A stretch of 63,997 bases of DNA, counting the filler, from Saprolegnia diclina VS20 (lineage: Eukaryota): the NCBI RefSeq assembly GCF_000281045.1. It is 5 parts of 2 records of this genome, joined end to end, with 100 filler letters (N's around TTAATTAATTAA, not from the genome) between each part and the next. Parts side by side here need not be neighbours in the genome. Positions count along the whole stretch, not along the records: positions 42,738 to 62,892 come from NW_008246128.1; 4 more parts are not named here. One strand, given 5' to 3'. Numbering within the stretch: position 1 is the stretch's first letter; each line of letters opens with the position of its first letter. The notes under the pieces were generated by a model. It was given only the letters and a program-made list of their open reading frames with translations. It was not told the DNA's origin and ran no database searches. A program made the translations under genes and the position numbers. Of the stretch, positions 47,605 through 58,950 are shown piece after piece.

Positions 47605-48430
47605 CCCCGGCACCACGCTGCAAAAACGGTGGACCTTGAAGTTGCTTCAAGCACACGCCCGGATTGGCTGCCAAGTTAAGCGCGTTTCTAAATCCAGCCA
47701 ATCCACGGCCGGATCAACGTCCTGTCGCAACCGGAAATAGATTCGGCCCGCTGCTGTCGCTCACCAGCTATTCGCACGCATACCGACGCTTTGTTTCTAT
47801 GTACGTGTACTTTGCCATTTAATTTCAATAGTAATAACGAGCTATATAATGATAGTCGGCGTGTTTCTAGTCGGTTGCAGCTTGGCGGAAAAGATCGCCC
47901 GAGCCAATTTTCGGCCGCAGATTTCTCAGGTGCGCGCAGGTTCTATGAACAGAGGCACGGCCACATCCGCTGCACAGCTCCGCCGCATCCCTTCCAGACT
48001 TGGCGATAGTTGTCGAATCGAATGCACCTCCATTTTGGGTTCTGCATGCAGCACTGGCCCATGGGGCTGATGTGAAGATGATCATAGGCAGGAAACCGAC
48101 GGCTTACACGGCTCACATTCACGCGAGAAATCCTCCGATATACATTCTTAGCTAAAAGGCAGTAGTGACGAGAGGCGAGGCAACCGCTCGATCTGCAATG
48201 TGACGAGATACGCCACTGGTTTTGCTGGGCCAAGGAGCGTCGAGATCGTACGATCAACGCTAAACACCGCATGGACGTGCACTGCTGAAGCTGCCGCATT
48301 GATGGGAAGACGATGAACTCATGGCTGCTCACGCCCTTATCTACCACCGGCCGCGGGCAGATCCAAGCTCCAACGCACCCGCTCAAGATCCAAGGCTGCG
48401 GCTCATTGCTCGCAGTGCGGTTTGGTTTGG

Positions 48431-48606
48431 CCAATCCAACTCAAGGGCCTTCTAATTTTAAGCCAATCCGATCCCGCCAAGTTTAAAAAGGACAAGCGGT
48501 TGCTTGAAATATAATGTCTCCAACGCCATGATTGAATATAAAGTCAAGTCAAATGGCAAATTCAAGGATTTAAATTACGCCGAGACCAGGTTTTTGAAAT
48601 TTCAAA
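48431..48606. promoter_or_regulatory. CCAAT pair (32-bp spacing) plus TTTGAAATTTCAAA palindrome upstream of the SAMHD1-like gene
   Basis: CCAAT at 48431 and 48463; 14-bp palindrome at 48593-48606, 30 bp before ATG 48637. Confidence 0.45.
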
Positions 48607-48636
48607 TTCCAGTTCGAGTTGCCATCATCCATCATC

Positions 48637-50737
48637 ATGCAAGGGTCGATCCTCGGCTGGGTGAACCACCAGCGCAAGCCCATCGACGGCCGGGACCCGC
48701 ATGCAGCGATGAAGAAGACCCCGGCGTCCTCTCCGTGGAAGGAAGCGCCGAAGGCCAAGCGCTTGAAGCGCATGGAGCCGGTCCCGCCCATGGCCGACGA
48801 CGACAGCGCGACAGACCTTGAAGGTTGTAGCCAAGAGAGCACTTGCTTCGGCGATGCCCATCACTCCAGTTCTGACGCTCACAGCACCTTCGCACACTCG
48901 CTAGCCGTAGACGCCGTCCGCGCGCTGCCGTCGACGCCGCCCATGGCCATGTTCGAGACGCTCCTCGAGCCGCGAAAGATGGTGCGTCGCGCGCTCTACC
49001 GATACCGATAACATCACGTTCTTCTGTAGATCAAGGACAGCGTGCACGGCTGCATCTACCTCGAGCCACTTTGCATGGCGATCATCGACACCATGCAGGT
49101 AGCGACGCCTTCAGGATGCTCTTTCGATACGAGTTTCTCCGTGCTAGTTTCAGCGCCTCCGTCATCTCAAGCAGCTCGGTGCGTCGTCGCACGTCTACAT
49201 GAGCGCGACGCATTCGCGCTTTGAGCACTCGATCGGCGTCGCGTTCCTTGCCGAGAAGATGCTGCGGCGGCTTTGCGACGTGCAGCCATGGCTCCCGATC
49301 TCGCCCACGGATGTTCTCTGCGTCAAGATTGCTGGCTTGTGTCACGACCTCGGTACCTTGAAAGTTTGCTTCCCCGACTCTAACATGCTTGTGCAGGGCA
49401 CGGGCCATTCAGCCACGTGTACGATGGTATCTTCATGGAGCAGCTTCGCGAGCGCGGCGAGATGCTGCCGTCCATGGATGGATGGACGCACGAACAGGGC
49501 TCGCTCGACTTGCTTGACCACCTTCTCTACAGCAATCGCATCGACTTGTCGGAGCATGGGCTTACGGACATCGACTATGTCTTTATTCGCGAGCTCATTC
49601 TCGGCCGGCCGCTCTCGGGCGATACGTATCAAGGCCGCCCCGACGCCATGTTCTTGTACCAGGTCGTCAACAACTCTGTGACGGGCCTCGACGTCGACAA
49701 GCTCGACTACTTTATGCGCGATGCGCTGTACACGGGCGCCAAGAGTAGCTGCGACACGCACCTCCTTCTCTCCGCCGTCCGCGTGCTTCCCGACCGAACG
49801 ACGGGCGACCTGTCAATGTGCTGGCCGGAAAAGCTTGCAGAGCAGCTCTTGAAGGTCTTTCGAACGCGCTTTGAGCTGCACCAAGCCGTGTACCAACACA
49901 AGGTTCATGCATTGTCACGGCAAGACAGCACTCATTATGGTCATGTTGTGTAGGTCTCACGTGCTGTGGAATACATGATTTGCGACGCCTTGCTGGAAGC
50001 GGACGCGCTCTTCAAGGTGCATTGAGGGATAACAAACACGGCCCTTTGAATGGCATGTAACTCGTAGATGAAGGGCACACGCATCTCACGGGCACCGCTC
50101 GATATGGTATGGCATTCGCACGTTGTCCGAGCGATCTCTGATGCGTGACGCGTAGGACGCCTACCAACTGCTCGACGATCGTATTTTGAGCCACATTGAG
50201 TGCAGCACAGACCCGCGCCTCGCCAAGTCGCAAGCTATCTTGCGTCGCATTTCCGAGAAGCCGCTGTACAAGTGCATTGGGAAAACCCAGATCACGACGC
50301 ACTCGCAAACCAAGTCGATTCCGGAGCTCAAGCACGAGATTGCAGCCATGGTGTCACCGCCCTTGGGTAGGAATCTCGATGCATTACTGAGGCGTCATTG
50401 CTTGTTAGATGTTGCGCAGCTCATTCTCGAGCGCAACAAGGTGCACTATGGCCAAAAGGAGAAGGACCCGCTGTGCAACATGCGATTCTTCAAGAAGGCG
50501 GCTACGGGCGGCGCAACTTGCTACCAATTGGCACCAGCGCTTTACGAAATGCACTGCCCCAAGCACTTTCTCGAGTGCAACTTACGCCTCTTTGTGCGCG
50601 ATGCATCCCTGGTACACGCGGTATTGTCGAGTCCATTCGTCTCACATTGGTGTCCTTAGGCCCCGACCTCGCGCGTGGCTCTTGCCAAGTGGAGTGAAGA
50701 GCGCAACCACTCGAGCTTGCATCCGCAGGAATCTTAA
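48637..50737 (+). CDS. SAMHD1: HD-domain dNTP triphosphohydrolase, SAMHD1-like (no SAM domain); multi-exon
   Basis: [76 protein letters not shown]. Basic NLS-like KAKRLKR in the N-terminus. Confidence 0.92.
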
Positions 50738-52158
50738 CTGAGTTTTGGCGTTTGCTCGGGCTGCGTTGGTAGCTTTTCCATGACGTGGCTGTCGTTGTGT
50801 GCGAAAGCTGTCGATGCCTCTTGCGCAAAACCTTGTAGAAACGATGCGGAGACCGCCGGTAGATTGCCCAGTGGGAGGCTGTATGGCATCAAGTTGTAGT
50901 TTTGGTTGACGCTCAGGCGCGGATCGCCACTAGTGCAAAGAACATGAGAGGTGGAGGCGCTGCTCGTGGCATACTAGCGAGGCGGTAGCTTGGGCTCTTC
51001 GAGCCGATACGCGCGCCCAGGTTGCCGCAGCGCTTTCATCACCGAGTTCTCGGTGCAGCTAGCGCTGCCAGGACAGCAGCCATCGACGCACGGCGAGTCA
51101 GGCGGGACGATTGCCGTCGCGTCAAAAATCTCGCGCCGAGCTCCCAACTTGGGGGTAAAGTCACCGAGACGGTACGTACAATAGCCCGCTTTGCAGTACC
51201 CTTTACGCGTGCACGAGGCCATGGCGTCCTTGCGCTGGCTAAAGCTACATCCGATGCGGACGAGACATTCGCCCATTTTGCTACAATCGAAGGCGCGTCG
51301 TTGACGGTCTATAGAGAAATTTTTGTTAAAACCTGTAGCAAGGGCACGTGAAGCGTGATGTGTCGTGGTAGATGCTCGGGCAGCTCATCTTGCAGCTCGT
51401 GACGTCCGAGGGAAGGCATCCTACGTTAGGCATGATGGACAATACTCGTCACGATGCGGAGACGTGCACCTGACTTCAGCGGCTTGAGATGAGGCAGTGC
51501 CGTCTAGAATGGGATTGTTTCTTCCATCAAGATAGAAAATGAAATAGTGAGCGCGACCTGTGCATTAGCAATGGTCACAGCAAACCCAAGAAGGAGCATC
51601 CAGCTCATAGCTTCGCGATGATGGTGACGGCAGCTTGGCGGCAACTATAAATACCCCGTTGGTGGGTCGGGCTAATGCGATGTTTATATTGGCTGATTTA
51701 AAAATAGTTTTGATCAATCAGCGATGAGGAAAAAACTCCTTGAATCGGGAACGCCGATTCCACCGAGGTCGAGTCGCCAAAACACGTCTGGAAACGAAAT
51801 CGCCCATAGTCGGCATATCGATAGAGGACATTCAGGAGATCTCGAAATGCTACACCACGTCGCCGTTGGAGCTCCACAGTGAGAAATATTTGACAACAAA
51901 GTCACGACATATGTTTCTGGGTATCGTAGTCGTGATTCTCGGTGTTGTACGAGTGTGGGCTGCATTGCGACAACATAGACCCGCCCTCGCCTACACGCTT
52001 GTAACCAGCCAACATACCATCATTGACAGTCCTTACTCGAGCTTGCATCAACTTCTATACTCATCAGCCAGCCCACGACGTCCACTGCTGCCTGGTGTCT
52101 TTAGCCATTAATACCAAATTGTACTGCTCGAACATCTTGATCAATGTTAATCACTTCA

Positions 52159-55100
52159 TTACACCGTGCGCGAGGCGCGGACCGATCGGGCGTGTTGCGT
52201 AATGCGCGCATGGGCCTGAGACGGATGGCCGGCGTTGATGCGCGAGTCGAACGCCGTCGACGTGTACGTGTTGGCGTTGAGCGCGTAGTTGACAGCAAAC
52301 TTGATCAAGTCGAGGGGGAAGTGCCACACGATCGACCAGATCCAGGCGATCACGAGGTATCCACCGCCGCAGCCGAAGACGGCGATACGGTCCGACGGGT
52401 ATCCGTTGAAGCCGTAGTAGCCGATCACCGAAGCCACAACTTGGGCAAAGACGAACGCAATGAGGAGGAGGTTGCACGGCTTCTCGGCAAAGAACCACGT
52501 GTTGATGCCGGCCGTACGCGTGACAAAGATGAGCGCCTGGCCCGAGATCGAGACCTGCGTGTAAACGAGCGAGCGGAGGATACCGTCCTTCTTTTGCATA
52601 CCGGGGCCGATAGCCTTGTGGTTCTTTGTGAAACGAGTGTTGAAATTTGAGTAGTCCCACATGAAGTCGCAGAAGCTGACGCCGTTGGTCAGCGGGATGT
52701 AGCCGCGCCCGACAAAGGCGACGCCGCGGCCGTTGAGCGCATCGTCGAGCTCCTTGGCCTCGGCCGTGTACTGCTTGTAGAACTGCTGGTAGACTTCATC
52801 GGCCGACGGTTCGCGGTCCAGATCGTTGATGTGGCTGCCCTTGAGGTGCTCGAAGAGCTTGCCCCAGTTCGAGTTCTTCGACTCGGCGTTGTACTTCTTT
52901 TTGTAGCCTTCGACGTAGTCCTTCCGGTTCTTCCGAAGGAGTCCCAAGTTTTCCAGGCTGAGCGACGGCTTGTAGACCGAGCCATCGAGTTCGCCACAGG
53001 CTGCTGTATCGTTGGTCTTCATACACGACTGGACGCGTTCCGTGAAGTACGAGTTGCATGCGTCCTTGATGCAGCCAACGCAGAGGTTCTCCGAGTCGAT
53101 AAAACCTTCAAACGCCGACGTGTTGTACGCGACACCGACCAAGACGATCGTCGAAATCGTGAGCCAAATGCCAAAGCAGATCGACGAGATGAACACCTGC
53201 TTGAGCTTCCACGAGTCGGGCGTGCGCGACGCCGTCACGTTGTCCTTGGAGATGGTCAAGATCGTGCCGTCGTTCAAAATGGCCAAGACAACGACGAGGA
53301 TCGTGGGGAAGTACCAGTTGTAGCACACCGTGAGCAGGCCAAACGTCAAGACAATACGGACTGTCATCGCAATCGAGTACATGGCGTAGTTCTTCATGCG
53401 CAAGAAGATCTCGCGCGACATGCGGATGGCCGTGATGATGACCGAGAGACCAGGCGACACGAGCACAATGTCGGCAGCAGCACGGGCAGCGTCGGTGGCG
53501 TCGTCGACGGCAATACCAATGTCGGCCTGTGCAAGCGCCGGTGCATCGTTGACACCGTCACCCGTCATACCAACAATCTTGTCGAGCGACTGGAGCTGGC
53601 GCACAATCTCAAACTTGTGCTCAGGAAAGACTTGAGCAAAGCCGTCCGTCTCGTACACCATCTGCGCAAGGTTGACACCCGGCGGCGGCGCCTTGTTGAA
53701 GAACGACGTGTCCAAAATGTTGGTGGGCATACCAAGCTGGCGACACGTCTCAATGGCAATGACGCGGTGGTCGCCCGTGACCATCTTGACTGCAACTCCG
53801 AGCTCGATGGCACGCTTGACCGTCTCGGCGGTATCGTGGCGGGGCGGGTCAAAGAGCGGAAGGATACCGACAAGCTTCCACGAGGCTTCCTCCATCGGAA
53901 CGTCGCCGTGCGAGAACGAGACACCGAGACCACGGTAGCCGCGCGACGCGTACTCGTTGATGCGACCTTCGACTTCTTCACGAAGGGCGTCGGCGTTGTC
54001 GTCCATGTCCAAGCAAACTTGCGGCGCACCCTTGCAGGCGCGGAAGACCTTGCCCGTCGTGTTGTCCTTGATCTTGGCGATCGTGCGCTTCGTCGTCGGG
54101 TCGAACGGCGTGTAGTGCAGCAAGGTGTACTTCTCCCACATCGTAGCGTTACCAGGATACGTGTTGTGGCACACGACGTCGATGGCCTCGTTGTTCTCGA
54201 TACGCGCCGAGAGAGCACCATAGAGGAGGATGTCGTCGCCCGTGTAGTCGTTGTACGGCACGAGGTTCTCCAAGTCCACCGAGAGCTTGTTCAGCGTGAG
54301 CGTACCGGTCTTGTCCGAGCAAAGGATCTCCATCGAAGCCATCTCCTCGATCGACGTGAGGCGCGTGACGATGGCGTTCTCCTTGGCAAGCGCCGACGAA
54401 CCAATCGCAAGCGTGACCGACAAGACCGTGGGCATGGCCACCGGGATGCCACCGACGATCAAGACGAGGATGTTGGCGACACCGAGGCAGCCGTCGGTGA
54501 TGATCAAGCACGGGTTCTCGTCCTTGCGAGCGCCCATCTGAACGACGAGCTCGATGATGCACCAGACGATGATCGAGACCATGCAAAAGTTGCCGACCGT
54601 CGTGAGCACTTCCTGGAGACGACCATGCGACTCGACGCCGGCAATCTGCTCGGCGGCGCGACCAAGAAACGTGTGGACACCCGTGCTCGTGACAACAGCT
54701 TCGATTTCTCCCTGCTTGCAGATCGAACCCGAGTAGCCTTCGTCGCCTTCGCTCTTGGTCACCGGAAGCGACTCACCCGTCAGCGACGACTGATCGATCT
54801 TGACCGAGTCGCCCTCAAGGAACTTGACGTCGGCCGGAAGTACATCACCGAGACGAATGCGGATCACGTCACCGGGCACGAGCTGGTCGGCGGGAAGGTT
54901 GATCATGGCACCGTCACGGAACACCTTGCACTCGGGCGCGAGCTGGCCCATGAGCGCCGAGACGGCGTCACCAGCCTGCATCTCTTCAAAGTAGCCAATG
55001 CACGCGTTCAGCAGCAGCAGCGCGAGAATCAAACCAAAGTCCGGGAAGTCAAGCAAGACAAGCGACAAGATGGCCGCGACCTCCATGGCCCACGAGAGCG

Positions 55101-55335
55101 GGTTCCACATGAAGCCGAGAAAGACCATGAGGCGGTTGACCTCGTGCTTGGGTAGCGCGTTCGGGCCGTGCTCAAGGAGACGCTTCTCGGCTTCATCGGA
55201 CGAGAGACCTTCACGCGTCGCCTTGAGCTTGTCGAGGGCCGCGTTGAGCGGAATCGCGCCCCACTCGATCTGGCCGGCCTCGTTCACGTAGTTTTTCGCA
55301 TCGTTGGGCGTCGCCAAGTTCGAGTACCCGGTCAT
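52159..55335 (-). CDS. PMA1: Plasma-membrane H+-ATPase (P-type IIIA), intronless, with a large insertion between M7 and M8
   Basis: DQSSLTGES, GGIPVAMPTVLSVTLAIG, CSDKTGTLT, KGAPQ, LFDPPRHDT, TGDGVNDAPAL, ILNDGTI, YTQVSISGQALIFVTR. 1058-aa ORF. Confidence 0.97.
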   Translation of the reverse strand: MTGYSNLATPNDAKNYVNEAGQIEWGAIPLNAALDKLKATREGLSSDEAEKRLLEHGPNALPKHEVNRLMVFLGFMWNPLSWAMEVAAILSLVLLDFPDFGLILALLLLNACIGYFEEMQAGDAVSALMGQLAPECKVFRDGAMINLPADQLVPGDVIRIRLGDVLPADVKFLEGDSVKIDQSSLTGESLPVTKSEGDEGYSGSICKQGEIEAVVTSTGVHTFLGRAAEQIAGVESHGRLQEVLTTVGNFCMVSIIVWCIIELVVQMGARKDENPCLIITDGCLGVANILVLIVGGIPVAMPTVLSVTLAIGSSALAKENAIVTRLTSIEEMASMEILCSDKTGTLTLNKLSVDLENLVPYNDYTGDDILLYGALSARIENNEAIDVVCHNTYPGNATMWEKYTLLHYTPFDPTTKRTIAKIKDNTTGKVFRACKGAPQVCLDMDDNADALREEVEGRINEYASRGYRGLGVSFSHGDVPMEEASWKLVGILPLFDPPRHDTAETVKRAIELGVAVKMVTGDHRVIAIETCRQLGMPTNILDTSFFNKAPPPGVNLAQMVYETDGFAQVFPEHKFEIVRQLQSLDKIVGMTGDGVNDAPALAQADIGIAVDDATDAARAAADIVLVSPGLSVIITAIRMSREIFLRMKNYAMYSIAMTVRIVLTFGLLTVCYNWYFPTILVVVLAILNDGTILTISKDNVTASRTPDSWKLKQVFISSICFGIWLTISTIVLVGVAYNTSAFEGFIDSENLCVGCIKDACNSYFTERVQSCMKTNDTAACGELDGSVYKPSLSLENLGLLRKNRKDYVEGYKKKYNAESKNSNWGKLFEHLKGSHINDLDREPSADEVYQQFYKQYTAEAKELDDALNGRGVAFVGRGYIPLTNGVSFCDFMWDYSNFNTRFTKNHKAIGPGMQKKDGILRSLVYTQVSISGQALIFVTRTAGINTWFFAEKPCNLLLIAFVFAQVVASVIGYYGFNGYPSDRIAVFGCGGGYLVIAWIWSIVWHFPLDLIKFAVNYALNANTYTSTAFDSRINAGHPSQAHARITQHARSVRASRTV

Positions 55336-55752
55336 GCTGCGCGGGCGAGCGGAAAACTACAAGTGATCCTGGCGGCGAGAGGTGTGGAGGGTTGGCGCCT
55401 CCTCTGCTGCGTAAAAGCGGGGCCACGACCGGTCGTGATACAGCGCTTTGCATCCAAGCCGGCTGGCGACGCTTTGCAGTTGGCTTTGAGCAAGCGGTGC
55501 GGGATAGCATCAGCACGTGGCGAAGGCTCTCCCGCCTGCGTCCATGTTCTGTTCGCCTGGTTTAGACGCCGCATGGAGCGTCCGCGTCCACACGACCGAA
55601 GCGTCGAGGTGTGCTTCGTTGAGAGCGGAGTCGGTGGCGCGGGAATTGGCCGCCGCCGTATCCAATTATGGCAAGCACTCATTGGCTAAAATGCGAGAGC
55701 GATGTTGATCTATGTGGCCAGTGATTGGTCAAAAAGAAGTTTACGGTGCTCC

Positions 55753-56626
55753 ATGAGCGACGAGGTCGAGCTCGTGGCCACGTTCCCGGCGCCGCCGGCC
55801 TTCATGAGCCTCTACGCGGAGGGGCCGGAGATGGGGCCTCCTCCGCCGGCGCCGCTCAAGCCGACGTACCACTCCTTCGGCACGGCGTACGCCACCGAGG
55901 ACGCGGTCCCGGACCTCCTCGGCGACCGCAAGCTCTACGCCACGGGCAGCAACGTCAAGACCGAGATGAAGCGCATGAACAAGTCGCTCATCTTCACCTT
56001 TCTCGAGCTTGTCGAGGTGCTCATTGCCAACCCCACCAAGTTCAAGTCCGCACATCCATGTATCGTCGAGGTTCTCATCGATGGGGCTGTCGTAGCGAGA
56101 AGATTGACGACATTGAGCTGCTCTTTCTCAATTTGCACAACCTCATCAACGCGTATCGACCACACCAGGTACAGCGTCAACCGACGCACGTAGCATGCGA
56201 CGCTCTATGGCATAGGCGCGCGAGACGCTCATCGAGATGCTCAAGCAGCAAATCGACGAGCGCAAGGAAGCGGCGGCCGACATTCGCCGGTGCGACGCTC
56301 TGCAGCAGCAGCCGCTGCATGACGAATGCTCATGTAGGGTCATTGAAGAGTCCAAGATCGCGGTCCAAGCCGCGCACGCAGAGCTCGACTCGGACGCCAA
56401 GCTCCAAGACATGGTCGACGCGCCCATGTCGCCGGTCGAAGAGGCCGCCGACGTCACCATGGACGACGACGACGCGCACGCAGCGCCCGCGATCGACACC
56501 GAGGTACACATGTACAGCATCACATGCAATCTCCTATGTGGTTGCTAGAAACTGCGGCAAAACCAGCTTGAGCAAGACCGGTTCTTTGTGCTCTGCCAAA
56601 AAATCATCGATAACATGAACCCGTAA
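55753..56626 (+). CDS. MED7: Mediator complex subunit 7; multi-exon
   Basis: ATFPAPP, PPPPAP...YHSFG, MNKSLIFTFLELV, LFLNLHNLINAYRPHQARETLIEML. Confidence 0.92.
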
Positions 56627-56670
56627 GGCTCCTCAACCAATTGCTTTTCTTCCTTGAGACGCCACGAGAA

Positions 56671-58950
56671 CTACGAGGCCGACTTCATGTATTGGTCCGT
56701 GAGGTTGGAGAGAGCTTGGTTGGGCACAGCGCCAGTCGATTTCGGCGCTTTGGGCTAGACCACTGCATCAGTGAAAGCGCCTCCCTGCGTACTAATTACC
56801 GTGTAGGTCGGTGGTACGACAAACCACTCGGGCGGGGACGAAGCCAGCTGCAAGGACGCAAAGCGAGCCGTCGCCGAGATGGACGGGAACACGGGCAGCG
56901 TCACTTGAACGGGAAAGCCTGGCGGTAGCTTCTACGCAAGCAGTCGTGACTGGCGTATGCAAGAGCTCGTAGTACGGTTTGGAAAAAGTCGACGAGCGCT
57001 GCAAATTGCGACGACGTGGCGGCAAGCACCTGCACGACGGGCAAAAACTCGGCCACCTACCACGCAATGGAGAAGAGGACGTGGCAATGACACGAAGTAC
57101 GGTGAGCGGAAAGGTATCGGAGAGGTACACGGTGCCCGTTAGCTGCTTGGTGTAGCAACTTGTCGGCGGAGTCTACCATCACAGCAATGCTATCACAGGG
57201 TTGGAGCAAACATCTCAACCGTGTGCATGGGAATGGCAGGTTTCGGGTTCATGGCGAGAAGCGCCGGTGGCAGCGACGTGCGGTCGACGCCAAACCACTG
57301 CTCAAAGGTCACAAGGTGACTCGATGTGTCGGGCGCCCCGCGGACATCGGGCGTCTCGGCCTCAACGGTATCCAGGATCGGGAATATTGCAAAATGCAGC
57401 GTCTTGGATCTACAAGAATACGTGTGGTTTGTCGAATCGCGTGCAGCGAGAGAACCGGAACATGGCGTGGGCATTGTCCCAGCGCACGATGAGGTTGCCG
57501 CTGGTCTTGGCCTTGTGGCATCCCTGCATTGGCGCGGCTTTGGTCGGACGCACCCGCTGTTCGGGCACGACCTCGGATATCAAGTGCACCTTTTCCTACA
57601 AAACACGATGTAAAACACTGTTTTTACGCACGAAACTCTGTACCGGGTCCGAGTCGGCCTTGGCGATCGCGTACCACTCGTCGGGCACAAAGCAGACGCT
57701 AAACTCGACGTCGTGGTCGTCCACGTAAAACTTCCAGCCAATCGTGTCGCCGGCTTGCATGCCAATCGGGACCGCGTGCTCGAGACCTGGCGCGATCTCG
57801 AGGGTCGTCTCGGCCTCCTGCAGCTTGTCAAAGAGCCCCGTCGCGACGGGAAACGTAGGCGACAGCACGTCCTACGCCAGCCTCAGCGTCAACTTTCAAC
57901 GTTTTTCTGATATGCACCGGTGTCGCGCCCATCGGCGGTGGACGGTGTGGCGCCTTGGCCGGCCACGACTGCATGCGCACACAAAGGCCCTCCATATCAA
58001 AGATCCGCGCGTCCTTCCAGAGGCCAACAGCTTCCGTCATCTGAGGTCCGTTGGGTGACAGCCAGTGGCGGCGCGGCATGAGCTGCAGAGACGCCATGTC
58101 GACATGCATGTTTGTCGTGCGGTTCGTCAGGAGCAAGTGGAGTTGCCGCTGGACGTCGGCGTCGGTCGCTGGCGCGGGGAGCCAGTCGCGCACGGTCTGG
58201 CGTTCGTGGTCGAGCGTCACGAGTCGATCGGGCAAGAGAAGAATCGAGAGCCGACCGCGCTTCCAGCGCAGGCTCTTGAAGCCGGAGAGTGTCATATCCA
58301 CGCGGAGACTGCCGTGCGACTTGTAGAGTTTGATCGTATCGCTCGGCAAGAGCGACGAAAGCATCGGGACCCACGACGTCACCTGCAGACCATGGATAAC
58401 GCGAATGAAGCCATGAAAATACCGCGAGATCGAGCTCGGCGGTAAAGTCGGGCATGGCCGCGAGCTGCGCCGACGCTGCGAGCAGCTTGGCCTTGAGCAC
58501 CTCGGGTACCTGTGCGTTCTCTACAACGACCGTTTGTACGTGGCCTGCTGGTCTTGGTGAGCCTACCGCGCTGGACAAGATCGCACAGAAGGTCTTTGTT
58601 GTTGGCGTGAATGGCTCGATGCAGTGCCTTCCAGCCGCTCGCATCCCGCGACCGTGGCCGCGCGTGACCAACCTAGAACGCATGACGCACGACCGCTCGC
58701 TCTCTTCGCGCGTCGTACATTGAGGAGAGTATCGACGATAGCCCGAGTCTCGCGATGAGCGCACTGCAGGGCAAAGTGCAACGCGCGATGGCCATGGCGG
58801 TCACGGGTCTCGACGGAAGCGCCGGCGCTGAGCGCAGCTTCGACCTGGTCGATGTCTCCGTTCTACAAGTGCTTGAGGTGTCATCCCGGTGGTCCATTGT
58901 ACCCAGATCGCGATGTGGAGCGGCGAGATGCTGCTGCTTCCTCCGTCCAT
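56671..58950 (-). CDS. ANKRD13-like protein (ankyrin repeats + GPCR-chaperone domain) with an inserted GOLD domain; multi-exon
   Basis: SPLHIAIW, DRHGHRALHFA and GWKALHRA (ankyrins). SWVPMLSSLLPSDTIKLYK...LRVDMTLSGFKSLRWKRG, VYLSDTFPLT and LPPGFPVQVTLPVFP (ANKRD13). GDTIGWKFYVDDHDVEFSV...LIVRWDNAH (GOLD). The last exon is uncertain (alternative stop 56755). Confidence 0.8.

Noticed and set aside
50974..51276. Cys-rich 100-aa minus-strand ORF
   Set aside because: No signal peptide, known Cys pattern or convincing codon bias; cannot be supported without expression data.
52831..55155. 774-aa plus-strand ORF
   Set aside because: Antisense shadow of the codon-biased H+-ATPase with no motifs. The same applies to 37901-39076 (VPS52) and many similar ORFs.
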